The notes: generated by a model not told the origin, from the sequence alone. A DNA stretch of 64,000 nucleotides from the human T2T-CHM13v2.0 reference genome, Homo sapiens (GCF_009914755.1 NC_060931.1), one strand, 5' to 3'; positions 18,671 to 33,005 are shown, counted from the first letter of the stretch. Translations and numbers: made by a program.

Positions 18671-19923
18671 ATAGCTCACACGGACGGGCAGAGGGCTGTT
18701 CCCCCAGAAGGTTCTGGATGGGTCTGGTCTTCCTCAGAACTCTGAGGCATCACAGGCAAGGCACCAGGAGAGAGCGGGATTTTCACTTTGCCGTCTTTCA
18801 CTCCAGGGTTCCCCTCTGCAGGCCCCGAGTCAGGGCCTGGACGAATCTGAGTTGCCGCAGCTCCCTAGGGGCAGCTGGAGCAGCTGTTCTGCCCCCAGAC
18901 CTGCAGGGACCCCCATCTTCACGCGGAGACAGGCGGGTGCTGCAGCCTCCAGGACCCGCTAGCTTCCTAGCTGAGTGCTTGGGAAGCACCTGGAGCAGCA
19001 GAAACAGCCACTGGGGCTGAGGAGTCAGGAGAGAGGCAGCGGCGGATGAGCTCTGTCTGCCCAAGCAGATTCCACGGCCAAAGCAGGGGGTCCGGGTATG
19101 GCGGGAGCTGGGCCCTGGCGGCTGCAGGCTGTGCACGTGGTCAGGACTCAAGGAGGTCCGGGAGTCGGGCCAGGACACGGGGGAGCGCCTGGGAGCTGCT
19201 CCCTTCCTTCCCTGCTTCCCTCAAATCGATGTCCTCTGGTTCCTACGGCCTTGGGGGCTTTGAGGGAAGCGACTCTGCACACGGATGGCAGGAGCTCTGT
19301 GCCCTCAAGCCTGCCACCCCGGAGAGCTTCCCAGGGCCTGGAGCCCAAAGTGCCATTGAAGTCGCAGTGGGAACACCTTGCCAAGCTGAGGCGCTCCGTG
19401 CCTAATGGGATAATAAAGCACTTTGTCACCCGTGAGTGAGAGGTCTGATAAAAGCAAAATATTATCACAGCATCTGTGATTAGGAGGCAGCTGCACACTG
19501 GAGACACAGCCACATTTATGAGTAAATAGAATTTGTTTCTGTGCTCTGATTATGAGGGTCACAGTGGTTTAACCCTGTTGCGGAGGCCTCAGATACATTA
19601 TCTGCTCAAATAGAACTGGGAAGGAAAACACCGGCGGTCATTAAAAGCAAATTACTTTGTTGTACAAAGATAGAAGGGAGAAGGCCGTGGAAATCTTGAG
19701 GTGTGGGGCCCTGGGGGTGCCACGGAAGGGCAGCATCTCTGGAGGCACCTGCAGGCGGGAGCTGGGACATGGGAGTGACCCGCCAATCCACCGGCAGCCA
19801 GAGATTCAAACAGGTCGAGGGCTCCCTGCGGCTTCCTGGAAAGCTCTCGGGATATTTTTAGTCAATTCTGGAAGCTGCCTAGAGTGCAGGAGGTGAGGGT
19901 GTCTGTGCCTTCTTTACCTGTGA

Positions 19924-21596
<1,673 letters not shown>

Positions 21597-24200
21597 ACAC
21601 TTTATTGCTAAAAAATGCTAAGCATCATGGCCCTTTAGCAAGCTGCAATGATTTCGCTGGTAGTCTTGCCTCAGTGTGGTTTCTACTGACTGATCAAGAT
21701 GGTGGTTGCTCAAGGTTGGGGTGGCTGTGGCAATGTATCTGCCTTCCTCCCTCACTCCCTCTCCCTTCCCCCCTGCCCCTCCCCCTCCCCTCCATTCCCC
21801 TCCCTTCCTTCTTTTTTCTTTTGTTAGATAAAGGGTCTCACTCTGTTGCCCAGGCTGCAGAGCAGCACCACAATCATAGCTCACTGTAGCCTTGAACTCC
21901 TGGGCTTCAGCAATCCTCTGGCCTCAGCCTCCGGAGTAGCTAGGATTACAGGCATGCGCCACCATGCCCAGCTAATTTTTTGGTAGCAGGCTCTCCATAT
22001 GTTGCCCAGGCTGGTCTCAAACTCCTGGGCTCAAGCGATCCTCTCACCTCGGCCTCCCAATGTGCTGGGATTACAGGCATGAGTCGCCATGCCTGGCTGC
22101 AATTTCTTAAAATAAGACAACAATGAAGTTTGTCACATTGATTGACTCTTCCTTTCATGCCAGGTTTCTCTGTAGTATGAAATGCTGTCTGATAGCATTT
22201 TACCCACAGCAGAACTTCTTCCAACATTGGAGTCAATCTTCTCGAACCCTCAAATTTATGGACTATTCTAAATCCTTTATTGTCATTTCCACAATGTTCA
22301 CAGCATCTTTACCAAGAGTAGATTCCAGCTCAATAAGCCACTTTCTTTGCTCATCCCTCAGAAGCCACTCCTCATCGGTTCATGTGTTATCCTGAGATTG
22401 CAGCAACTCAGTCCCATCTTCAGGATCCATGTCTAGTTCTAGTTCTCTTGCTATTTCCACCACATCTGCAGTCACTTCCTCCACTGCAGTCTTGAGCCCC
22501 TCAAAGTCATCCATGAGAGTTGGAATCAGCTTCTTCCAAACTCCTGTTGTGATATTTTGACCTCCTCCCATGAATCATGAATGTTCATAATGGCATCTAG
22601 GATGGTGAATCCTTTCCAGGAGGTTTTCAATTTACTTTACCCAGATCCATCAGAGGAATCACTATCTATGGCACCTATAGCCTCACAAAATGTATTTCTC
22701 AAATAAGCACACTTGAAAGTCAAATTTACTTCTTGATCCATGGGCTGCAGAATGAATGTTTCATGTCTGTGTTAGAAGGCATGAAAACAACATTAACTAC
22801 CTTGTGCATCTCCATCAGAGCTCTCGGGTGACCAGGTGCGTTGTCAATGAACAGTAATGTTTTGAAAGGAGCCTTTTTTCTTAGCAGTAGGTCTCAACTT
22901 GGGCTTAAACTATTCAGTGAACCATGCTGTAAACAGATGTGCTGTCATCCAGGCTTTGTTGGTCCATTTACAGAGCACAGGCAGAGTAGATTTAGCATCA
23001 TTCTTAAGGGCCCTAGGATTTTTGGAATGCTAAATGAGCACTGGCTTCAACTTAAGGTCATCAGCTGCATTAGCCCCTCACAAGAGAGTCAGCCTGTCCT
23101 TTGAGGCTTTGAAGCCAGGTGCTGACTTCTCCTCTCCAGCTATGAAGGTCTTAGATGGCATCTTCTTCCAATAGAAGGCTGTTTTGTCGACACTGAAAAC
23201 CTGTGTATGAAGTCACCGTCATCAAATACCTTAGCTGGATCTTTTGGAGAACTTGCAGCAGCTTCTCCATTGGCACTTGCTGCTTCACCTTGCACTTTTA
23301 TGTTATGGAGACGGCTTCTTTCCTTCAACCTTATGAACCAACCTCTGCCAGCTTCCAGCTCTTCTGCAGCTTCCTCACCTCTCAGCCCTCCCAGAAGGCC
23401 CTTGGAGTTAGGGCCTGGCCCTGGATTAGGCTGTGGTTTAGGGAATATTGTGGCTGGTTTAATCTTCTATTTAGAGAATATTGTGGCTGGTTTAATCTAC
23501 TATTTAGAGCACTAAACCTCTCTCCACATCAGCAGTCAGGCTGTTTCTGTCTTATTATTTGCATCTTTACTGGGGTAGCACTTTTAATTTCCTTCAACAA
23601 CTTTTCCTTTGCATTCACAACTTGGCTAACCGACACAAGAGGCCTAGCTTTCAGCCTGTCTCAGTTTTCAACATGCCTTCCTCACTAAGCTTAATCATTT
23701 CTAGGTTTTGATTGAAAGTAAGAGATGTGTTACTCTTCCTTTCACTTGAACTTAGGGGACATTGCAGTGTTATTACATGGCGTAATTTCAATATTGTTGT
23801 GTCTCAGGGAACGAGGAGGCCCCAGGAAAGGGAGAGAGATGGAGGATAGCCAGTTAGTAGGGCAATCAGGACACACACATATTTATCAATTACGTTCACC
23901 ATCTTATATGGGCAAGGTTTGTGGGACCTCAAAACAATTAAAATAGTGACATCAAAGGTCACTGATCATAGATCACATAACAGATATAATAATAATGAAA
24001 CAATTTGATACTTGCAAGAATTCTTGGTAATTGCAAGAATTACCAAATGTGACACAGACATGAAATGAGCACATGCTGTTGGAAAACAGCGCCGACAAAT
24101 TTACTTTATGCAGGATTGCCACAAGCCATCAATTTGTAAAAAAATGAAATCTCTGTGAAGTGCAAGAAAGCAAAAAGCACAATCAAACGAGGTCAGCCTG
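21597..24200 (-). mobile_element. Near full-length Tigger1 DNA transposon, interrupted by AluJ (about 21820-22098)
   Basis: Transposase remnants VWKKLIPTLMDDFEGLKTAVEEVTADVVEIARELEL (22380-22571) and KERSRLHNIKVQGEAASA (23140-23328). TIR-like CGAGGTCAGCCTG ends at 24200. Confidence 0.9.
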
Positions 24201-24319
24201 TGCTTAATCCGATGACATGTGTGTGTCTAAAGACCTGGAATAAGTTAATCACGAGAATAAACGGACCAGGTAGTAAAAGGTAATACATACATATTGCAGA
24301 CTGAAGAAAAGACACAATT

Positions 24320-24735
24320 TGTATTGCATGTCCTCGCTCATTTGTGGGATCTAAGAGTCAAGACCATGGAACTCATGGAGATAGAGGATAGAAGGCTGGT
24401 TACCAGCAGCTGGGAAGGGGAGTGGTGGTGGGCGGCGGGGACATCACTGGGTAGGTAGGGAGGGTTAATGGGTACAAAAAAATAGAAAGAACGAATAAGA
24501 CCTAGTATTTGATAGCACAGCAGGGTGACTATAGTCAATAATAATTTAACTGTACATTGAAAAATAACTAAGAGTCTGATTGGATTGTTTGTAACATAGA
24601 GTAAATGCCGGAGGGCATGAGTGCACCATTCTCCATGAAGTGATTACTGCGAGTTGCTTCTCATATCATCTCATGTACCCCAGACATATATACACCTACT
24701 ATGTACCCATACAAATTAATATTTAAAGAAAAGAT
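24320..24735 (+). mobile_element. L1MA-type 3' end
   Basis: CTCATTTGTGGGATCTAA...ATAAGACCTAGTATTTGATAGCACAGCAGGGTGACTATAGTC...CTATGTACCC. Confidence 0.85.
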
Positions 24736-25329
24736 AATAACAAGACGTAGTAAAGCTGTTAGGACCCCTCCCCCCCACCTTGCATTTCTTTTACAGAGTT
24801 ATCTACTATTACAGAAACACTGCAAGCTTCCTATTACAGGCATGGCCCCCCTGCTCTGAAGAGCCAGAACCCTCAGCCTCCTGGGTGCGGCCCTGCCTAA
24901 AGCAGGGACGTTGACAGACGCAGTTCGCAGGAGCCAGCTAAGCCTGAGGCTTAATGGGCCAGAGCCGGAGCCTCCTCTCAGGTGCCTGTCCTGTCCGAGC
25001 TTTCTAGAAAAGACGCTGGGCGCTGTCATGCTCCTCACAATGTCCCCTGCCCAGGAACTGATCCTTACGCTTTTTTTTTTCCTTCCTTTCCTTCCTTTCC
25101 TTCTTTCCTTGGCAGAAAGGCTGCTAAGCGGGAAGGTGAACTGCAATGTTAACAAAAGGCAAATACAAAACTACAGGCTTTGTCATAAAAGCAGGCTGTT
25201 TCTTCCACCTTCTCTGAGTAATAAAATACCTACAATAATACATATCAATTTTTTTTTTTTTAAAAAAACGGGTGCACTTCTAGCCTGAAGCACAAGCAGC
25301 AGTTCCAGTCTCCAAGAGTCCCTGTTCTT

Positions 25330-26460
25330 TCGCTTCCAGGGCCCACTTCAGCAGTTTCTTCCGGACCCGGACACCCTCAGGGCGGCGATCGGGGGTGAAA
25401 CGCCTCGGGCCGAGCCCCTGGGTCACTGCGTCCTGAGCCCACCCAGCAAACCCCGAGCCCAGGCCTGAGCGGCGCCCCCGACCCCGTCCCGGGCTGGAGA
25501 GGCCCCGCCCGCGGCCCCCGGCCTGACCCCGGCCCGCCCCGGCCCGCGGGCGATAAGGCCGCGCCTTTGTTCCTGCCCCCAGCTGGGTAAACCGCGCCCC
25601 GCCTCGCTCGCCGTCTCGGGGGCACCTTTGTCCGGCCCGGGGCGCGCATTGTCCGCACGGTGTGTACTCGGGGAGGGGCGCCAGGTGCGCGGGCGGAATG
25701 TAGGGTCGGCGCGGGGCCGGGGGGCGGGCCCGGGGCCGGGGGGTCCTCAGGAAGCCTCGGCCGGGCCCGCCTCCTCCCCGAGGGTCCCCTGCAGCCGCGG
25801 ATGGGGGAGCCCGGGGGCGGAGCGGGGCGCGGGGGGCGGAGCGGGGGAGGCGCGAACCCGGGGACCCCCGCGCTGGACAAACCCGCGGCCGCCGCCCGTT
25901 CCTGTCGTGTCCAGCTTGAGACACACCTGGCGCGTCGTAAAGTGATTTACGAAGTGAAAGTGTGAAACCAGGGCCACCAGCTGGAGGCCCGGCCGGCTTT
26001 AGGAGTTTTATTAGGTGCCCTATTATGGAAAATAAACTTTAATCCCACCATAAAAACCAAATCTGAAAAACATACTTGCCCTTGTGGTCGGGAGCGCCGC
26101 GGCATCCCTGGTGGAGGTCACACCTCCGACGGGATTAGTTTTAAGGAGGGAGACAGCGCTCCGCAAGACTTTGATACCGGGGGGCTGGGGGGCGCCCCCT
26201 TCGCCGCCGCGCCCCACGCGGGTCCCAGCGCCCCTCCGCGCCGCACTCCCCTCCCCCGGACGGTTCCGCCCGGCAGCCCCCTCCAAGCCTGGGGCGCACT
26301 CAGCGCTGCCCTCCGCTGGCGGGGGCGGGGGCGGGGTGGGGGAGGGAAGGGGGAGGCCGCGGGTCAGTTGACCCGGAAACCTGAGAGGTGCTGAGGAACA
26401 GGCCCGGGCGCCCCTCCGGAGCAGCTCAGCAAGGAGGGGCTGGGGTCGGAGGCGAGGAGA
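25330..26460. other. Orphan CpG island about 4-5 kb 3' of MNX1
   Basis: Very high GC and CpG density by inspection. Confidence 0.85.
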
Positions 26461-26509
26461 GGGAGAGCAGAGGGAAGAGGAAAAGGAAGGAAGAAAAAAC
26501 AACAAAATT

Positions 26510-27224
26510 ATTTTTACAATCATTGTGACCATTCACGTGTTAGTACCGGAGGGTTAACTATGTGCATTATGCAACAGACGCTAGAACTTTCTCATCTTCC
26601 CAAACTGAAACTCTGTCCCCAAGAAACACCGACTCCCCAGTACCCCACTCCGAACCACTAGCAACCCCCATTCTACTCTCTTAGAGTTTGACTCATCTAA
26701 ACTGATATTTCACACGATCTTGCGGCATTTGTCTTTTTGTTCATTTGCTTGCTTATTTATTACTATTTTTTTTTAGAGATGAGGTCTCACACTGGCCCAG
26801 GCTGGAGTGCAATGGTGCCATCATAGCTCACTGCATCCTGGAGCCCCTGGGCTCAAGCCATCCTTCCGCCTGGGCTCCGCAGTAGCTGGGACGGCAGGAG
26901 GGCACCCCCACGCAGGGCCACTGTTTGTCTTTTGTAATTGGGTATTTCACTCAGCATAAAGTCCTCAGAGTTCATGGGTGTTGTAGCATGTGACAGGATT
27001 TTCTTCTTTTTAAAGCCTGAATGGCGCTCCACCGTATGTGTGTACCACATTTTCCTCATCCATTTCTCTGTTGATGGACACGTAGGCTGCGTCCACCTCT
27101 TGGCAATTGTGAAGAGTGCTGCAATGAACTCGGGTGTGCAAATGTCTCTTTGAGATCTTTTTGTTTTTTCCAATTCTTTTGGATATATACCCAGAACTGA
27201 GACTGCTGGATCGTATGGTAATTT

Positions 27225-27259
<35 letters not shown>

Positions 27260-27995
27260 AGCCCTGTCGCCCAGGCTGGAGTGCAATGGCACGTTCTCGG
27301 CTCACTGCAACCTTCGCCTCCAGGGTTCAAGCACTTCTCTGCCCCAGCTCCCAAGTAGCTGCTACTACAGGCGCCCGCCATCACGCCCGGCTAATTTTTT
27401 GTATTTTTAGTAGAGACGGGGTTTCACCACCTTGGCCAGGCTGGTCTTGAACTCCTGACCTCGTGATCCACCCGCCTTGGCCTCCCAAAGCTCTGGGATT
27501 ACAGGCGTAAGCCACTGCGCCCAGCCTGATTTTTAATTTTTTGAGGGAAATTCTGTACTATTTTACATAATGGCTATGCCATGTTACATTCTGACCACAG
27601 CTGCAATTTCTCCACATTCTCACCAGCACTTGCTATTTTCTGTGCTTTTTGTTTGTTTTATATTGGCCATCTTAGCAGGTGTGAGGTGGATCTGTGGCTC
27701 TGATTTGCATTTCCCTGATGCTTATTGGTGTTGAGCATCTTTTCATATGTGTGTTGCCGTTTCAAAATTTTATTTGGAGTCATATCTATTCAAGTCATTT
27801 GCCCATTTAATTTGGTTTTGTTGTAGAGTGCTGAGAGTTACATAATCTGAACATTAACCCATTCCCTGATTCGCGTGTTGCAGATGATATCTCCCATCCC
27901 CAGGTTGCCTTTCACTCTTGTTGATCGTCCTTTGTGGCGCGTACGTTTTTCAGTTTGATGCAGTCCCATTTGTCTATTTTTGCTTTGGTTGCCTT
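26510..27995 (-). mobile_element. L1MB-type 3' fragment with FRAM (about 26750-26920) and AluS (27227-27526)
   Basis: ORF2 C-terminal remnant [16 protein letters not shown]...ICTPEFIAALFTIAKRW. Confidence 0.85.
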
Positions 27996-29294
27996 GTGTT
28001 CAGTATCAAAGAAGGAAAGTCACCGGATGGGGGAAGGGACAGGTCCACCTCCTCTCCCTTCGAGCTGTTTCTTTACTCCCTGACACCAGGGATTAACCGG
28101 GGTCTCCTGGCTGCCTCTCACCTGGCAGCCGGAGCTCCAGGAGGGGCTGGAAAGGAGCCCCCTGGGCCTCCGTCTGGGGGGCGTGTGTGAACTGTTTTCT
28201 CCCGTCACAAAAAAGGCTTCCTCCACGCCCGGCAGAATTCGCCCACAGCAAGGCCCCCCTTTCTAAGAAGGGAGGAGAACCCACATTGGAGCAAAGAAAA
28301 CGGTGGCCAAGAGGTGGGGGCCTTGGTAGGGCAAGGAGGCAAGGCTGGGTTCCAGGGGACAGGGTCAGCTTTGGGTGGGGCCCAGAGCCCCGGGTCGCTG
28401 TGACGGCCGCCGCAGGGGTCTCCCCCCGCGTACCTTCGCTTCTGTTGAAGGCAGTGAGATCCGCAGGCCTCCGGGACAGCTAGAGGACAGCAGACATGTC
28501 CCGTGGGGGAAGCCTGGGCCTGTCTGAAAACACCGCCTCAGCTCCCTCCGGGGTCCCCCTGCGTAGACCTGGCTTCAGGTCCGGAGAACCGGATTCTTGA
28601 GGGCTGCAAAGACTTTCTCCCCCATGCGCGGGGTCAGCTGGCGGCTCAGGTGCGATTGGAGGCCTGGGCCCCGAGGGACCACCGCCCCAGGCCGAGCCGA
28701 GTCAGCGACCCCGAGCGCGGCGCCCAGGGGTGGGGGTCGCGCCCGCAAGGCGGGCAGAGCCGGGCCTCGAGACCGTTCATTAGGCAGAATGAATTGTTCA
28801 CCGTGCCCGGAGTGGATGAGGACGAGCCAGTGATTATATTTAAATTTGCTATAATTGATTTGGGGAAGAGCTACTGTGACAAGAACGAATTGATCATTAA
28901 ATTTATTAGCGAGATAAATTCCGCGGCGACTGAGCGGCCTGCTGGAGGCGCAGGGGCCGGCGCAGGTCCGGGGCCTGGCTCTGCTGGAGGACGGGGGAGG
29001 GGCGGCCCTATTAACAGCGTCTTCCTTTGATGTCGCTCTTCCCCGCGTCCCAGAGGAAGCGCCTGTCCCCTGGGGGTAGAGGGACAGACCCTCCGCGGAG
29101 GCCTGGGGCACCCCAGCTCCAGGCCGAGCCCCCACTCTTCCCTGGCTGCCCAGTGTTGGTGAGGGCGCTGAGGCTGGGCCGGCTGAGCCCAAGGGGAAAA
29201 TAATCCCCAGATGTGGGGCCAGCCAGGGGAGAGATTGCTGCAGGCTGAACCTCACCAATGTGTTAGAAATTAAAAAGAAATGTAGGGATTGCAG

Positions 29295-29297
<3 letters not shown>

Positions 29298-29330
<33 letters not shown>
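29298..29330 (+). repeat. Poly(A)33 not attached to a retroelement
   Basis: Directly visible. Confidence 0.9.
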
Positions 29331-29331
<1 letters not shown>

Positions 29332-30584
29332 CATCTGTCTTCCCCCCTTCCCTCTGGTTTTCCCACCCTCTTCCTCTGGGCACTCTGCCTCCTCCACCAG
29401 TGGCAAACCCTCTCCCAGTTCCCCTAAACACCTTTGGACCCCAGGCGGCGGAGGCCCGGCCCCTGCGCCAGCGCCCAGCAGCTGCTTCTGCCCGGACTCC
29501 CAGCAGCCGCGCCCCGGCCTTGGATGAGGTTGATTTTATGGAAGGGGCCCGGGGTGATAATGAGTTGCCAGAGAGGATATTAATCTCCCCGCGCCCTGAG
29601 GCAGAGGAGTGGCTGCGCTCGCCCCGCGGTAATCACCCAAATGAAACGCCAGGCCCTTCTGAACTCATTTTATCCGCTGGGAGGAGGGGAGGGGAGGAGG
29701 GAGGAGAAGGGCACACGCAGGTGCTGCTGAGAAAGTGACAAACAGAAGGAAGGAGGAAGGCCCGGGAGAAGGGATAGGAGCGGCGTCCCCGTCGCCCGTC
29801 TCCTCCGGGGCCAGGAGAGGCCACTGGGTCATCGATGGGGGAAGGGGGCCGGGAGTCGCGCCGGGCTGGGTGGGCCGCGGGCCTGCGCTCCTGGGCGGAC
29901 GAGAGCGCGGGCTGAGCCCGCATGTGTGCAGCACATGGCGCTGGGCCTGGCTGCGGTGATTGATGGCGCGCGCTGCAGAGGCTGATTAACCCGGAGCCGC
30001 TGCAGCCGCGGTGTGGAGCGCTGCTGCAGTCCGCCGCTGTCCTCGCGGACTTGTTTGCACAGAGCCAAGAAGACCGATCCTGGCCAGCCAAGGAAGGTTC
30101 TGCTAACAGAGAGGGCCGGGGTCGAGGAGAGAGAGAAGCACCGCGCAATTCGGTGCGTTCCGGGAAATGTGCCTCAGTAGCGCCTGAGGTCACAGGGACC
30201 CCACATGCTACTAACGCCTAGTCGTTTTAAGCTTATTTTCTGAAACGTCCAAATAGCGTATTTCCACTTCTGGAGTGCCAACGAAGCAACAGCTAGCAAG
30301 GAAATAGGAAAATAAATAGAGTCCACAGCTCCGCTTCCGAGGGACACGTGTCCCGGGACAGGTGTGCACCAGGCAGCCGGGCATGCGCTGACACCTGGCC
30401 ACAGGTATTTTTGCCAACACTTCACATTGCGACTCCCCAGTAGCAGGCGCGGAGGTGGTCCTGACACCCACTTGAGACTCCGATTTTCACCCTCAGCTGC
30501 CAACCGCCGAGTAGACACCCTCCCCATCATTTCTACAAGCAAATTGTAATGCCGCGGGCATAATCCCCCAAAACTCGTGCACGC

Positions 30585-31254
30585 TGATCCAGTACAAAAC
30601 CAATTTATTTTACATTCCATCGTGGGCGATGGGAGAAGCTAAATAATAATTTAGCATGCATACGTAGACGTTTCTTTTTATATATAAATACAATATACAA
30701 AAATAAAGACAGTACAGTTTTGAGATTTCCAGCAGTTTGAACGCTCGTGACATAATCCCCCCGACCCCAGAGACGTAAGCATAAACCCTTTTTTCTTTTT
30801 CCAAATACTCTGCAGAATGGCGGCTCCAGAGGCGGTTTCAAGTTTCATAAGTCAGGTAACACTGTGGGTTTCCGCCTTCTCGGACGCGGGGAAAGGGGAG
30901 ACAGGAGGCTTCCCCTTGCGCGGGGTGGGTCGGTTCTTCTCACACGCACTCGCGCCTCCCCCAACACCAACCAAAATTAATTTTAAAAGAACCAGAGTTC
31001 AAGTTTCAGCCCCCTGGGTCTCCCTCTCGCTGTTTCTTGAAGAGCAGGTGAGGCGCCCTTGCTTAAAAGGGAAGCGCCCAGGACCGGAGGCCGCGGCCGA
31101 ATCCCTCCAGCCCCGGCCTGGGCGAGGGGTCCATGGGGCGGCGGTCGAGCCTGCTCTCGGGGCCGGGCCGGGTGGGTGCGGGCGCCGGGGCCTCCGGGAG
31201 AAGCCGCCGGCCGGGGCGCTCCGTGCGCGCCGCACCTGCTGGGCCGCGGGGCTC
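30585..31254 (-). other. MNX1: MNX1 3'UTR
   Basis: Runs from the stop codon to the minus-strand AATAAA (plus tttatt 30604-30609); the end is approximate. Confidence 0.85.
30604..30609 (-). terminator. MNX1 polyadenylation signal AATAAA
   Basis: Canonical hexamer about 650 nt after the stop, followed by U/GU-rich sequence on the minus strand. Confidence 0.8.
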
Positions 31255-31791
<537 letters not shown>

Positions 31792-32132
31792 TCAGCAGCA
31801 AACCCCAGAGCTGGGCTGGAGCTCCGTGGGAGCTAGGACTATGTCCCCAACGACCCAGGCCGGGGACTTTTCTACCCGCGCCCTCCGTCTGCGGAGGAAG
31901 GGTCAGGGCAGCTGGCTACGTCGCGGTAAATCTCAGGATGTTCCCTCCTCTCTTTCTGGAACAAAATTTCTCGAATGCGGCCTGGGGATCACCTTCTTCA
32001 GAATGAAAGGAGGGGTGGTTAAGTGCTGATTCTTGGGCCCCACCCGAAGCTACTGAATCGGCGCTCTGGGCACCTTAGATGAACCCGTGCGCCCGCCGTC
32101 TGAACCGTCGAGGCGCAGCGCTAGATGCCTCA

Positions 32133-32450
<318 letters not shown>

Positions 32451-32749
32451 CTACACTCAAGGCCCCAGCGCCAAGGCCTGGCCCTGCAGAGGGCGGGGCT
32501 GTTCCCTCACTATCAGTGCCCACTCCCCAAGGAATGCGGACTCAGGACCACCAAGTGGAAATGGATAGTTTGGAGTTAATGAGACCAATTTTTTTTTTTT
32601 TTTTTGTCTAGGAGACGTCTGAGTGTCCCTGTTAAACAGGGCCCATCGCAGGAGGCTTCCTCTCCACAGGAGCCGGCTTTGGTAGCAGTGGATTGACCCA
32701 GAGGCAAGAGGAGAACTGAGGCCAGTCGGGGGCCAGGAAGGGAGGTTCC

Positions 32750-32867
32750 GGGAAGCCCAGGAGTTGAAGGCTGCAGTGAGCGAGACTGCACCCCTGCACT
32801 GTACCCTGGGTGACACAGCAAGACCCCATCTCTCAATAAATAAAAAATAATAAAATAATAAAATAAA
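32750..32867 (+). mobile_element. Alu right-arm fragment (FRAM/AluJ) in MNX1 intron 1
   Basis: CCCAGGAGTTGAAGGCTGCAGTGAGC...AGCAAGACCCCATCTC followed by an A-rich tail. Confidence 0.8.
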
Positions 32868-33005
32868 GGAGCAGTGAGTGATGAGAACCAAATCTCTCCC
32901 CCTCTCCTCACTGCGCCTTCCTAGAGATTCAGGCTCAGATCCAAACAGGTCTGGGAAGAGCTGGTCCTGCTGTTCCAGGTCTCCCTGCACTGCCTCCTTA
33001 AGACA

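Noticed and set aside
24799-25155. Possible alternative terminal MNX1 exon (minus-strand acceptor-like ttaac...ttcaccttcccgcttagcag near 25120-25150)
   Set aside because: The acceptor is plausible but cannot be supported without transcript data.
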